A stretch of 64,000 bases of DNA from an uncultured archaeon (GCA_964354805.1 CAYHBD010000042.1:1-64000), one strand, 5' to 3'. Positions 45,946 through 56,150 are shown, counted from the stretch's first letter. The notes: a model not told the origin generated them from the sequence alone. Translations and numbers: made by a program.

Positions 45946-47271
45946 GTGCCATTAATGCCTGCTGCAATTGCAAAAAAGAAAAAAGGGAAAACAAAAAGCC
46001 CTGCTGTAAAAGAAAAGCCGATGAAGGAACAAAGGCTTGGCGAAGAGAAAACAGGGGAAAGGCAGGCTGCCCTAAAAGAAGCAATGGGAAGGGAAGAAAA
46101 CGCTTTTGAACAAAAAGAAGCAATGAAAAAAGAAGAAAAGGCAGGGAAACAAGCAGGAAAAAAGAAAGCTGCAAAAAAACCAGTTGATGTCAAATTGGCT
46201 GCAGCTATTGCAATAATTGCGGTAATTTCAATTGCAGGCTTTTTTTTGAGCCAGCCCAGGCAAGCAGATGTGAACGATTTCTGGGAGTGGAATCAGCCAG
46301 CTGATGAAAAATTGAAGATGATAATCGTTTACAGCGATAAATGCCCAGAATGCGAGGTAAATAATTCACTTCAAATCATGTTCTCAGAAAACGGCATCCC
46401 TTATTCCGTAAACAAATTCGAGCAGAACAGCGCTGAAGGGCAGAAAATTATAAACGAATTAGGCCTGATAAAGCTGCCTGCTTTTTTGATTGACGGCAGA
46501 ACAATCAAAGACAGCTGGCAGGTGAAAACAAAAAGCGGCTCAGCGCCATTGAGGGACACGCTGCGTTTCTATGTAAGCAAAGGGCAGGCGAAATTTGAAA
46601 ACGATGTCTTCATTTTCTATGAATTAAGTTTGGATAACAGGCCGCATGTGAACATGCTGTTGACAGAGCCATGCGGCGGTGCTGGCAATGTTTTAGTGCA
46701 GTATTTCGCTGATCCATACGATCCGGCGACAATTGCAACAAGCGCTGATATGGAAACCTTGCGGGAAATGTTTAGTGACTACAATGTTGAATTCGTGTAC
46801 GGCTATCTGCCGACAACAGCTTCGGTAAGCATGCAGCAGATGTTCACCCAGGACACGATTGAAACAGCGGCAAAGCATTTAACTTGCGCAAGCAATTTTG
46901 GGGCTGAGAAATTCAATGCACTGCAGCAATCCTTTTACAGCAAATACTGTGACGTAAATGCTGCAACTTACCGGGACAAACTATATAATTGCGCTGACGG
47001 CAACCGCTTTGGCGCGCCAATAAATGGTGATGAAGCAATGGAAGGCATTGAACAGGTTGGATTGAAAAGCGACCTGCAATACAATTTATGCCTCTACAAC
47101 TACAAAAACAGGTTTGATGCATCAAAGGCCCTGGCGGAAAAATGGCAGATTGACAAAAGCCCAACAATAGTTGTTAACTGCACTTTTGAAACACCAGTAT
47201 CAATGGCCCACACAGTGATCTGTTCTTATATGCCGGATGTTTTGGTCTGCAGAAATCCGAGAACCAGTTAA
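45946..47271 (+). CDS. Membrane-anchored thioredoxin/DsbA-like protein
   Basis: Charged N-tail, TM, CPEC, LGLIKLPAFLI, C-terminal SPTIVVN. Confidence 0.7.
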   Translation: MPLMPAAIAKKKKGKTKSPAVKEKPMKEQRLGEEKTGERQAALKEAMGREENAFEQKEAMKKEEKAGKQAGKKKAAKKPVDVKLAAAIAIIAVISIAGFFLSQPRQADVNDFWEWNQPADEKLKMIIVYSDKCPECEVNNSLQIMFSENGIPYSVNKFEQNSAEGQKIINELGLIKLPAFLIDGRTIKDSWQVKTKSGSAPLRDTLRFYVSKGQAKFENDVFIFYELSLDNRPHVNMLLTEPCGGAGNVLVQYFADPYDPATIATSADMETLREMFSDYNVEFVYGYLPTTASVSMQQMFTQDTIETAAKHLTCASNFGAEKFNALQQSFYSKYCDVNAATYRDKLYNCADGNRFGAPINGDEAMEGIEQVGLKSDLQYNLCLYNYKNRFDASKALAEKWQIDKSPTIVVNCTFETPVSMAHTVICSYMPDVLVCRNPRTS

Positions 47272-47378
47272 GCATCCTGGGCAATTTGCGAATTAATTCA
47301 ATCGTTAATGATTTGCAGGTCAAGCAAAAATTTTGCTCCAGTTTCTCGGCTGCCTTCGCTGCCAAATGCCAACGCCAT

Positions 47379-48413
47379 TCAGCAAAAAATTTTGCTCCAG
47401 TTTCTCGGCTGCCTTTTTCTCCAATCGCCTTTGTGGAAAACATAGCTTGCTATCAGCGGCAGAACGCTGGTTGCTTCAGCGTAAACCATTTGCTCCTGCT
47501 TTGCTTCAACCTTGCCCCAGCTGCTTGCCTCCTTGAAGGTTGAGCTGCTGCATCCGCCGTCCCTTACGTCTGCAACGGTTATCTGCACGCTGTATTTGTG
47601 CATTGGGACATTTTTTCCAAGGACCTCGGCGCAGATGACAGTGTCCTGCGCAAAGTTTTTTGGAACTCCGCCCCCTACAATGAACAAGCCTGAAACAGGG
47701 GCCTGCATTTTTATTTTGGTCAATTCCATGAAATCCTTGACTGAATCAATTGCTATGTGCGCTTCTTTCCTTTGCCACTGGTGTGCAACCAATCCAAGGC
47801 CTGCGCTGCTGTCGCTAAAAGCAGGGCAGAATATCGGCACATTGTGCTTATATGCTGTCTGAATCAGCGAGCCTTTTTTCTTTGCATGTTTTTGGAGATA
47901 TTTGCCCATTTCTGCAATGAATTCTCTTGAACTGTAAGGTATTGGCTCAAGTGCATCAGCAATCTTTTTAATTGCCATGTCACAGTGCTGCAATTGCTGT
48001 TCATCAATGTAAGTGTCATATATTCTGTCAATGTAAAGCCGCCTGAGCTTTCTGTCGTCAACGTGTGGGCTGCCTTTATAATGCCTGAAGCCGAGTGCTT
48101 CAAAGAAATCCATGTCAACGATTGTTGCGCCTGTTGCAACAATTGCGTCAACCATATTATACTTTACCAAGTCAGGGTAAATCTGCATGCATCCTGCAGC
48201 TGAGGTGCTGCCTGCAATGCAAAGGATTATGGTGCAGCCTTTGTCGGCAATCATTCTGTTGAAAATGTCTGCTGCATTCGCCACTTCCCTCGATGTGAAG
48301 GACATGTTTCGCATTGCGTTGATTATTGGCGTTGAATCAAATTTGGTTATGTCAATGTGCTGGACAGGCTCACGCAGAAACTGCTTTTTCTCAGCCGCGT
48401 TTATTTTAGACAT
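47379..48413 (-). CDS. Second deoxyhypusine synthase-like protein (bacterial DHS-like type)
   Basis: From ATG 48413: AGSTSAAG, IDRIYD, PAFSDSSAG, GGGVPKNF, DGGCSSST.KEASSWGK. Confidence 0.9.
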   Translation of the reverse strand: MSKINAAEKKQFLREPVQHIDITKFDSTPIINAMRNMSFTSREVANAADIFNRMIADKGCTIILCIAGSTSAAGCMQIYPDLVKYNMVDAIVATGATIVDMDFFEALGFRHYKGSPHVDDRKLRRLYIDRIYDTYIDEQQLQHCDMAIKKIADALEPIPYSSREFIAEMGKYLQKHAKKKGSLIQTAYKHNVPIFCPAFSDSSAGLGLVAHQWQRKEAHIAIDSVKDFMELTKIKMQAPVSGLFIVGGGVPKNFAQDTVICAEVLGKNVPMHKYSVQITVADVRDGGCSSSTFKEASSWGKVEAKQEQMVYAEATSVLPLIASYVFHKGDWRKRQPRNWSKIFC

Positions 48414-48536
48414 TTTTATCCCTAAAACCATAAGTGCAAATAGCATAAATAAGTTTTGTTGGGGGAATTGCACTGATTGGGAATTCAAAAAAACCAAAAA
48501 TTCTTTTTTTAACCCTTTTCAACAACTATTTCCGTT

Positions 48537-49604
48537 ATGCCTGCGAATGTCACTATTGAATTCGAGAAAGCAAGGCTGAGCTATCAGGCTGCCACTTCCC
48601 CAGAAGCAAAACTTGAGGCCCTGCTTGCAATGCAGAGCGGTGCGCCAGCGCACAAGGGCGGCGAGAACCTGAGGAGGGACATCAGCAAAAAAATTTCTTT
48701 GCTGCGAAAAGAGATTGAGAAAAAAAAGAAGCAGGAAAAGAAGAAGGGCAGCGCTCCGAGCATTGCCGTGAAAAAAGAGGGCATTGGGCAGATTGTTCTG
48801 GTTGGCTTGCCGAATAGCGGCAAAAGCTGGCTGCTGAACAAGCTGACCGGCGTTGATGTTGAGATTGCGCCATATCCTTTTACCACAAAAAAGCCTGTTG
48901 TAGGCATGATGGATTTTCAAGGTTCAAAGGTGCAGCTGGTTGAAGTTCCTGCATTGGTCAAGGGAAGCAGCAAGGGCAAGGCAAACGGCTTGCGGCTGCT
49001 TTCAATTGTGAGGAATGCAGACGCTGTTGTATTGCTCGCGAGAAGCAGGAGGGAAGAGCAAGTGCTCTTGCATGAGCTTGGCAATGTGAAGATTTTTTTG
49101 AACGAGAAAAAGCCGGCTATTGAAGTGCAGCTGTCGAAATTCAAGGGCATTGCAGTAGTGCACAAGCAAAACCTGAAAATAAAAGAGGTAGTGCTGCATG
49201 ATTTTTTGCACGCAAGGGGAATGTTCAATGTGAGTGTTGTTTTGAACCAGCCTTTGCGCGATTTGCTGACTGTTGAAAGAGTGCTCGATGAAACAATCTC
49301 CTACAAGCCGAGCATTACCGTGGATGCTTTCGGTGAAATAAATTTTGAAGAGCTGCACCAAAATATTTTCGGTCTGTTAAAAAAAATTTTGGTTTTCACG
49401 AAAAAGGCCGGGCAGCCGCCTGACATGAATGCGCCTCTTGCGCTGCATGCCGGCGCAACCGTTGCAGATGCTGCAAAAATGCTGCACAAGGACTTCGCTA
49501 ATTTCAAGTTTGTCAGGGTCTGGGGCAGCAGCAAATTCCCAGGGCAAAGGGTCGAGCACAACTTTGAACTGCGCAACGGGGACATTATTGAAATTTGCGT
49601 TTGA
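48537..49604 (+). CDS. DRG/OBG-family GTPase with TGS domain
   Basis: MPANVT, P.HKG.ENLR, GLPNSGKS, YPFTT, C-terminal HKDF...RVWG.SKFPGQRV...L..GDIIEI. Confidence 0.9.
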   Translation: MPANVTIEFEKARLSYQAATSPEAKLEALLAMQSGAPAHKGGENLRRDISKKISLLRKEIEKKKKQEKKKGSAPSIAVKKEGIGQIVLVGLPNSGKSWLLNKLTGVDVEIAPYPFTTKKPVVGMMDFQGSKVQLVEVPALVKGSSKGKANGLRLLSIVRNADAVVLLARSRREEQVLLHELGNVKIFLNEKKPAIEVQLSKFKGIAVVHKQNLKIKEVVLHDFLHARGMFNVSVVLNQPLRDLLTVERVLDETISYKPSITVDAFGEINFEELHQNIFGLLKKILVFTKKAGQPPDMNAPLALHAGATVADAAKMLHKDFANFKFVRVWGSSKFPGQRVEHNFELRNGDIIEICV

Positions 49605-49743
49605 ACAAGGCTGGCAGTAATGAGTTCCTGTTTGAAAAAAAGTGCTTTCTAAGGCTACGGCAGTGCAATTTAATGCCCCAAAGCCATAAAGAAACTAATA
49701 TATACCCCATCGGATTTAATAGTTTCAAAAAAATGGGTTTGAA

Positions 49744-50205
49744 ATGAGTAGGTTAATTGTAGGCGTTACGTGTTTCATTGCTTTGGCTGTTTTTCTTAGC
49801 GGCTGCATTGACGGCAAGCAGATTCTATTCAAGGAAATTCCGGGCGCCATTGTTCCATCACCTTGCGAGTCATTCGCCAGAGAGCATATATGTGCCTTGT
49901 TCAAGTGCATGGTTGACAGCTGCTGGTGCGATGAAGGCAGCATTCCAAGCCCGATTTTGGAGGAGCCCAGTGCTGTTGGCAGTTTTATTGGGGCAGGCAC
50001 AGCCGCCATTAAAAGCGATCAGGACGCGATAGCAGCCGTCCAGCGGTATGTGCAAAGAACTGGTTCAGAGTACAGTGATGTCAGGAGGGCAGTGAAGCTG
50101 AATAATGTTTTCTGGAACGTGTTTGCATTCAATTCGGAAAACGATGAAACGGTTTTCACTGTTGCGGCAGACGGCACAATTCTGAAAACTGTTTGCGGTG
50201 TCTGA
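49744..50205 (+). CDS. Cys-rich lipoprotein
   Basis: Lipobox-like FLSGC; several Cys. Confidence 0.7.
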   Translation: MSRLIVGVTCFIALAVFLSGCIDGKQILFKEIPGAIVPSPCESFAREHICALFKCMVDSCWCDEGSIPSPILEEPSAVGSFIGAGTAAIKSDQDAIAAVQRYVQRTGSEYSDVRRAVKLNNVFWNVFAFNSENDETVFTVAADGTILKTVCGV

Positions 50206-50286
50206 ATCCAACCAGCATAAAAAACCCGGCGCAGTTCTGCAAACCAAATAGAATAATTTAAATATTACAACGCGGTTGTAATTATT

Positions 50287-50961
50287 ATGAAATTGAAGAT
50301 TTTGATTGCTCTTCTTGTTTTATGCACGCTGGTTCTCGGCGGCTGCCTGCAAAGCGAACAGGCAGGCGGTACAGGCGAGCCTGCTGGTGCTGCTGGTGAA
50401 GAGGCAAATGGCGCAAACGAGCCGGCTGGCGGTGCAGGCGAACAAACAGATGGCACTGCCGAAACACTTGGCGTTGGCGAGTGGGCTGTGGAAATAAAAA
50501 GCGCAATAACTTTGACACCTGAACACAAAATAACAGAAACGGTATACGAGGACCTTAAGTCCGTTGATGATGTCAGGTTTGAAATTACCAGTAATTGCGG
50601 GAAAACATCAGACAAGCTTTTCAAGTTCGAGCCTGAACACAAAATAGTCATGAAAGTAGTGGATGCACAGGGGGAAAAGACAAAGTTTTATACTCATGCG
50701 TATAAGGAGGCTTCCAACAGGGAATTCGTTGACGAAATGGAAGTAAAGATAAGGCTGTATCACCAAGACGTGCCAAGCTTTGCCTGGATGGATATCGGAG
50801 AGGACGGCTTCATAAGGGAGTCATACGAAGCTTACCCTTCAACTAACTCTTTTTACAATCCTGCAATAGCAGCAAATGCATCAGGCCTAAAGCTGAGGCT
50901 GGAAATTGTTGATACTGAAACAGGCCAGACACTCGCCTTCGGCGAGTACACTTTGGCATAG
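50287..50961 (+). CDS. Lipoprotein with Gly/Glu linker
   Basis: Lipobox-like LGGC; AGGTGEPAG repeats. Confidence 0.75.
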   Translation: MKLKILIALLVLCTLVLGGCLQSEQAGGTGEPAGAAGEEANGANEPAGGAGEQTDGTAETLGVGEWAVEIKSAITLTPEHKITETVYEDLKSVDDVRFEITSNCGKTSDKLFKFEPEHKIVMKVVDAQGEKTKFYTHAYKEASNREFVDEMEVKIRLYHQDVPSFAWMDIGEDGFIRESYEAYPSTNSFYNPAIAANASGLKLRLEIVDTETGQTLAFGEYTLA

Positions 50962-51027
50962 GGCAATCCCGAGAATTGAAGCCCGCCAGCCAAAAGCATT
51001 AAGCAATAATCTCTATACATTACAGTA

Positions 51028-51044
51028 GGCGATGATGAGGTTAA
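51028..51044 (+). repeat. 5' fragment of the C/D sRNA at 52532
   Basis: Exact 17-nt GGCGATGATGAGGTTAA. Confidence 0.75.
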
Positions 51045-51093
51045 TCTCTTACTGGAGCAAGGCTTTAATATATGTGCAATTAATTGTTTTATT

Positions 51094-52392
51094 ATGAAAA
51101 GTGAAAAACTTATCTTATTTTCAGTTTGTATTGCAGTCTTTCTTATTTGTGGGTGCGTGAACCCGCCAAACAATGAGGTTTTGACTCCACCAGGCAAGGC
51201 CGTTTCTGTTTCTGATTTTGCAAAATGCCTTACTGAAAAAGGCGTGACGGTTTATGGTTTCGGCACTAGCTGGTGCACGTTTTGCACTGAACAGGAAAAA
51301 ATGTTTGGCAATGCATGGAAAGACCTGAATTATATTGAGTGTTCAATATCCGAAAACTTTAATGAACAGAGCGAATTGTGCAACAAAGCGGGAATAAGGG
51401 GTTATCCTACTTGGGTGTTAAAGGGCGGCGAAAAAATCGAAGGAACGTTTTCTTTTGACGTATTAAGCCAGCGAACCGGCTGCCCAGCGCCCACAATACC
51501 AAGTCAGCCTAACACAACAGACTTGAATAACGAAGTTCCTGTCGTAAATAACCAGCAATTAAAATTTGACGTAGTACAACCATTACCAGCGGGAACAGTA
51601 GGCGAGCAATACAATTATTCATTCTGCAAGCCAGACTTGACTTCAGCAAGCGACCTTTGCGCAGGAAGCGAAATAACAAATCCTTCGGGAGGAAACCCGC
51701 CATATCATTTTGTTCTGGATTCTGGAGCGTTTGCCCCAATGGGCCTTTCTTTAAACTTGAACGGGCTTTTGAGTGGAAAGCCCACAACCGAGGGAGAAAG
51801 CACTTTTAGTGTCTGTGCTGTTGACCAATCAGGCACGCAAACATGCAAGCAAGTCACATTAGGCATTAGTCAAGCTGTTGCAAAACCAGAAACTTGGACA
51901 GGCAAAATGACAGGCACTTATACAAGAGAATCTCTGCTTGGCGGCGGCGAGTACGGTTATGATTTTAGCGTGAGTTTTACTGTCCCAAAAAGCATAATTG
52001 CTAACTTCAAGGACCCGGCGAATACTGACGACTGGATTGATATTAAAAAAACAAGCGGAACTATTGCTGAGACGACTACTGTCTTACAGCAGTTGGATAC
52101 AACAAATAATCCCGGTGACTTAATGGTTGGAGGTTCACTTAACGAACCAATTCAAGTAGGAGTTGCAGGAAGCGTTTACCAGGCAAACGGAATATTTTTT
52201 GTTTCACCGACTGGCAAAGAGCTTATTGCGGGTTATTTGCAAAGAGATGGCGCACCGTTTTCCGATAGTCGCTGGAGCGATATAAAGCTAACTGTTACTA
52301 ATTACACTGACACAACCATTACAGGCACGTGGGGCACAGGTTTGTTTGGGGAACTGGTAGCACACGGAACCTTCACTCTCAACAAGCAATAA
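51094..52392 (+). CDS. Lipoprotein: glutaredoxin/thioredoxin-like domain plus putative Ig domain
   Basis: ICGC lipobox; FAKCLTEKG...WCTFC..Q..MFG...YIEC...GIRGYPTW; LPAGTVGEQY...GGNPPY...GLSL..GLLSGKPT. Confidence 0.8.
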   Translation: MKSEKLILFSVCIAVFLICGCVNPPNNEVLTPPGKAVSVSDFAKCLTEKGVTVYGFGTSWCTFCTEQEKMFGNAWKDLNYIECSISENFNEQSELCNKAGIRGYPTWVLKGGEKIEGTFSFDVLSQRTGCPAPTIPSQPNTTDLNNEVPVVNNQQLKFDVVQPLPAGTVGEQYNYSFCKPDLTSASDLCAGSEITNPSGGNPPYHFVLDSGAFAPMGLSLNLNGLLSGKPTTEGESTFSVCAVDQSGTQTCKQVTLGISQAVAKPETWTGKMTGTYTRESLLGGGEYGYDFSVSFTVPKSIIANFKDPANTDDWIDIKKTSGTIAETTTVLQQLDTTNNPGDLMVGGSLNEPIQVGVAGSVYQANGIFFVSPTGKELIAGYLQRDGAPFSDSRWSDIKLTVTNYTDTTITGTWGTGLFGELVAHGTFTLNKQ

Positions 52393-52531
52393 TAGGAAAA
52401 TGCAAAAACTTCCAATACAAATGATGGTTAATAAAAGGATAAAAAGCGCCAATTGAAATCATCCTCAGACTCATCAAAAGCCAGAAAAAGTAAGGCATAA
52501 GAAAATAAATTGTAACACCTATAAGCTAAAT

Positions 52532-52595
52532 TGGCGATGATGAGGTTAACACCATCCGAGCGCAAGCTGTGAGGAGACAACTCAACACTGAGCCA
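52532..52595 (+). ncRNA. Box C/D guide sRNA (complete copy)
   Basis: TGGC/GCCA stem, C ATGATGA, 12-nt guide, D' CCGA, GC-GCAA-GC, C' GTGAGGA, 12-nt guide, D CTGA. Confidence 0.85.
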
Positions 52596-52641
52596 CATTC
52601 GATTTCATTCCAAGATTTTTAGGCAGCCGTCTTTTAATCGG

Positions 52642-53265
52642 TTATTCGATTATAATCACTTCACCGTCTCTCAGAGTTTTAAACGGAATCTTATTTTTAT
52701 TGCAATATTCAACTTCTTTGTCAATGTCTGCGGACTCAGGATGGTTAGATTTATAGTGCGGGAGAATAATGTAATCAAGGACTCCAAGGCCTTCCCAAAT
52801 TGTTTTCTGAAGCTCTTGGTAAGGCCTGTCATTGGGGTCGTCAACAATTTGCAGTGCCTTGAAATCAGGAGCCAACACGCATATGCCGGCACTATATCCT
52901 GCATACACAAAATCGTTTCTTTTAAGAAGCTCTTTAAAAATTACGTCAAAACCACTCAATTTCATTGCCTGTCGCAGAATAAATGTATTTCCTCCTCGGA
53001 CGAATATGCCTCCAAATTCATTCAATTTTTTCCGCAATTCATCAGTCTTTCCAAAAAAATTCTTTAAATCAAGGTATTCTACGGTTAAGCCCAACCCTTC
53101 CAAACTTTCAATATCCAGTTTTTCCCACCTGTTTTTCTTGACCCAATCAACATTAGAATAATCACAGGCGTTTGGAATGTAAGCAATTTTTTTGTTGTTG
53201 GGCATTAGCCCGGCTAACTCGCCAGCCTTATTCCCCAGCCTAAAAGAGGACAAATAAAACTTCAT
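52642..53265 (-). CDS. Peptidase E (family S51)
   Basis: YIPNA, GGNTF, GYSAG (nucleophile Ser), PHY. Confidence 0.9.
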   Translation of the reverse strand: MKFYLSSFRLGNKAGELAGLMPNNKKIAYIPNACDYSNVDWVKKNRWEKLDIESLEGLGLTVEYLDLKNFFGKTDELRKKLNEFGGIFVRGGNTFILRQAMKLSGFDVIFKELLKRNDFVYAGYSAGICVLAPDFKALQIVDDPNDRPYQELQKTIWEGLGVLDYIILPHYKSNHPESADIDKEVEYCNKNKIPFKTLRDGEVIIIE

Positions 53266-53321
53266 ATAAAAACCAGTTCATCGAGGTTATTAAAACCTAT
53301 AAGTATTCTTAGTTTTAATAG

Positions 53322-53372
53322 GGTTAACACCGTCTGACCGAAAGGTGTGAAGATTTAACTCAACACTGAGCC
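53322..53372 (+). repeat. Diverged 3' three-quarters of the C/D sRNA (box C lost)
   Basis: GGTTAACACCGT-CTGA-CCGAAAGG-TGTGAAGA-TTTAACTCAACA-CTGA-GCC. Confidence 0.8.
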
Positions 53373-53408
53373 GCTTTTAAGTTAGAACTATATGTGAGTG
53401 CAATAATA

Positions 53409-53891
53409 TCAGCGATTGCCACCCAAATCAAGCAGGCGCTGCAATTGCCAATTGCGTTCCCTGGTTACTTTGGCTGCAGCATCAGAGGGGCTGGCGGCTC
53501 TATAAATAGCTTGCAAGGCATAATTTGCAGCACCGATAGAATGAGCGGGAACATGCGCAGTTGCCGCCGCTTGGCCTGCGGCCCTGGCAGCAGAGCAAGC
53601 GGCATTATCTTCCCCTACTTCACGAGCGGCAGCATGAGCATCAAGTGAAGTTTTGCGCACGTCCGGCATCTTGAATATTCCGGTGCGCATCCATTTTCGG
53701 AGGGCTTCAATGGCTTTTCTGGGCCTGTGGTCTTCCGGGTATTTTTCCTCAAAATAGGGAAGAACACGCTCGACACAATCAACCGCCCAGCGTGCCAATG
53801 TTTTATGGTCGGTTTTTCCCACAAGCGCTGCAATTGCCTCGTCTTTGTGCGTAACTGAGAATTTGGATTTTTCCTTCATATTCTCAACCAT
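53409..53891 (-). CDS. Imm-5-like (putative immunity) protein
   Basis: HKTLARWAVDCVERVLP.FE...PED.RPR.AIEA...AHAAAR...AARAAGQAAATAHV..H. Confidence 0.85.
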   Translation of the reverse strand: MVENMKEKSKFSVTHKDEAIAALVGKTDHKTLARWAVDCVERVLPYFEEKYPEDHRPRKAIEALRKWMRTGIFKMPDVRKTSLDAHAAAREVGEDNAACSAARAAGQAAATAHVPAHSIGAANYALQAIYRAASPSDAAAKVTRERNWQLQRLLDLGGNR

Positions 53892-53950
53892 TTATAGGCA
53901 ATTTTTAATGTGTTGTAGTGTTGTTGAGCCAAAAAATAGTTTTGCGCCGG

Positions 53951-55333
53951 CTACTTTTCAAAATCGTAAATCTGCACTTCTTGTTCCTGCTCTTGCTTTG
54001 CTGCAATTAATTTGAACAACTTTTTCCTGTTCTTTATTATGAATAAAACAATCAGAACAATAATCAGCAGGATGATTCCGGTGAAAAGCAAATCCGTGTC
54101 GAACTGCCCATCTTCTTCCAGGCCTCCTTCGTAAACGCGCAAAGCGTCCTCTTTTGCAGTACCTGCGTATCGTTCCGCATCGTCAAAGCTGCCGTTGCCG
54201 TAGAATGTTTCTGCCTTTGCCCAGTTGCTCTGCATTTCTGTTACGCTGCCCTGCTTTATCCATTTGAAAACATAGTCATCCTGCAGGATGAAGTCAACCA
54301 GATTGCTCAAGGTCTGCTGGCCTGTTTTTTTCATCAATTCATCGCTTTGGCCGTACAGCACCTGAAATGCGCTGTTTCTTTTCTCCCTTGTTGTGAGGTC
54401 ATCAGTTAAGCCCGTTATGAATGAGGGGGAATCAACTTTTGAAAAAATCTGGTTTATTCTTTCTTTAAGTCTTGTGGAAAGAGACGCTATTGAACTGAAG
54501 TTCTGAAAATTTTGTGAAATATTAGCCAAGGTGTTGAGGCTTCGTATGGTTTCTATGGAAAGCGTTGTCTCACCAATTCCCTGTCTCAAACAGTCCAAAG
54601 AAACAATGTTTGAACATGTATCGGAAGAGCTTTTTTTTTCACCTTCTAAGTAAATAGAACGCTTTGAATCAATGGATTCTATTAAATCAAAAACAGTTTG
54701 GAATTTCCTTTCAAAATCTTTGAGTTTGTTTGTGTCAGGATTGGCAACAAAATTTTCTTTAGAATACGTGGCATCAAGAACCGCAGCGCTTATGTCTTCT
54801 GCCAAAGGAAACATTTCATCCAGCTGATTTTTTAAGGCATCAGTTTTATTTTGCAACTCTGGAAAGCCTTCTAGGTTTGATTTGACCGTCACCAAATCAA
54901 TCCTTTCATTTTTCAAATCTTGTGCCAAGTCAGAAAAATACTTTGCTGTATCCGCATTGAAAAGCCAATAACTTTTTTGAGTGGAGTCTCCAACGCTTTT
55001 TTCCAATTGAAGATAATAGCGCAGGACATAAGCTGTTTTAATCAGCTCCCTTCTTGCAACAAGAGATTCAGGCAATTGCATTGGCTCTGCATCAGAAACA
55101 GGAATAAAGCCAGCAAGGCTGCTATCGGTGCTTAAAACAGTTACAACAAAAAAGTATTTCCCAGAATTCCTTATTTTCACATCAGGGTAAACTCCGGCTG
55201 TTTCGTTTTCAGTCAGAAAGTTGTTCTGCTTGCTGACAAAATCAATTGCCTCCTGGCTGCTTGCGGCAAAGGCAGCGCCCAAGAGCAATAAGAACACGCC
55301 GGCAATGACAGTGAATTCTATATATTTATTCAT
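53951..55333 (-). CDS. Helical surface protein with signal peptide and C-terminal TM
   Basis: 460 aa; N-terminal hydrophobic signal, C-terminal TM and basic stop-transfer. Confidence 0.75.
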   Translation of the reverse strand: MNKYIEFTVIAGVFLLLLGAAFAASSQEAIDFVSKQNNFLTENETAGVYPDVKIRNSGKYFFVVTVLSTDSSLAGFIPVSDAEPMQLPESLVARRELIKTAYVLRYYLQLEKSVGDSTQKSYWLFNADTAKYFSDLAQDLKNERIDLVTVKSNLEGFPELQNKTDALKNQLDEMFPLAEDISAAVLDATYSKENFVANPDTNKLKDFERKFQTVFDLIESIDSKRSIYLEGEKKSSSDTCSNIVSLDCLRQGIGETTLSIETIRSLNTLANISQNFQNFSSIASLSTRLKERINQIFSKVDSPSFITGLTDDLTTREKRNSAFQVLYGQSDELMKKTGQQTLSNLVDFILQDDYVFKWIKQGSVTEMQSNWAKAETFYGNGSFDDAERYAGTAKEDALRVYEGGLEEDGQFDTDLLFTGIILLIIVLIVLFIIKNRKKLFKLIAAKQEQEQEVQIYDFEK

Positions 55334-55399
55334 TTATAATATTAAACAGCCAGCCCATATTAAAAGATTGCGGTGAAAGCATAAAAAGCGGATTTTTTT

Positions 55400-56113
55400 A
55401 TGAATGCGAAAATCGTTCTTGTAAGGCCGTCATACGAGGAAAATGTTGGCTACATTGCAAGGCTTGCTGCAAACTTTGAGTGCAGGGAAATTGCATTGGT
55501 GCAGCCGAAATGCGATTGGAAGACTGGAAAAGCGAAAAGCAGGGCAATGCACGGCCAGCATTTGCTTTCGAAGGCAAAAAAGTTCAATTCACTGCGCAGG
55601 GCTTTAAGCGGGTGCGCTTACAGCATTGCAACAACAGCGATTGCAAGCAGTGGCGGAAACATTGAAAGAACAGCTGTCAGCGTTCAGCAATTTGCCGAAC
55701 GGTTCAGCACATGCAAGCGAAAGATTGCGCTTGTTTTTGGCTCGGAGCAAAACGGATTGTCAAATGCTGAAATAGCCGAGTGCGATTTCGTTGTGAGCAT
55801 TGAGGCAAGCAAAAAATACAAAACGCTGAACATTGGGCATGCTGCAGCGATTTTGCTGCACGCGCTTTTTGCGGCAAAGCAGGCTAAGAAGGGAACGCCT
55901 TTTCTGGAGGCAAGTAATACCTTAAAAAAGCGGCTGGGCAAAAAATTTCAGCAAACGCTCCAATGCCTGCCTGGCATTGAAAACAGGGCTGCTGTTTTCT
56001 CTTCATTCAAGGCGCTGGCAGGCAGAAGCCTACTTGCGGAAAAGGAGGCAAGGGCACTGCTGGCATTTTTAAACGAAGCACAAAAGGGGATTGGCGCGAA
56101 ACAAAAGAATTAA
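55400..56113 (+). CDS. trmJ: TrmJ/TrmH-family SPOUT RNA methyltransferase
   Basis: IVLVRP..EENVGYIAR..NF, RAMH, ALVFGSEQNGLSN.E, LNIGHA. Confidence 0.88.
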   Translation: MNAKIVLVRPSYEENVGYIARLAANFECREIALVQPKCDWKTGKAKSRAMHGQHLLSKAKKFNSLRRALSGCAYSIATTAIASSGGNIERTAVSVQQFAERFSTCKRKIALVFGSEQNGLSNAEIAECDFVVSIEASKKYKTLNIGHAAAILLHALFAAKQAKKGTPFLEASNTLKKRLGKKFQQTLQCLPGIENRAAVFSSFKALAGRSLLAEKEARALLAFLNEAQKGIGAKQKN

Positions 56114-56150
56114 TAATAACAAAAAGAGAAATTTTGTTGGAGTTGTTTAA

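Noticed and set aside
48537-49604. Inactive GTPase because G3 reads EVPA
   Set aside because: G1, G2 and TGS are intact; loss of function cannot be supported without a subfamily alignment
51028-53372. CRISPR repeats or a fluoride riboswitch (GGCGATG start)
   Set aside because: Spacing is gene-sized, the riboswitch pairing is absent, and the C/D'/C'/D layout explains the sequence better
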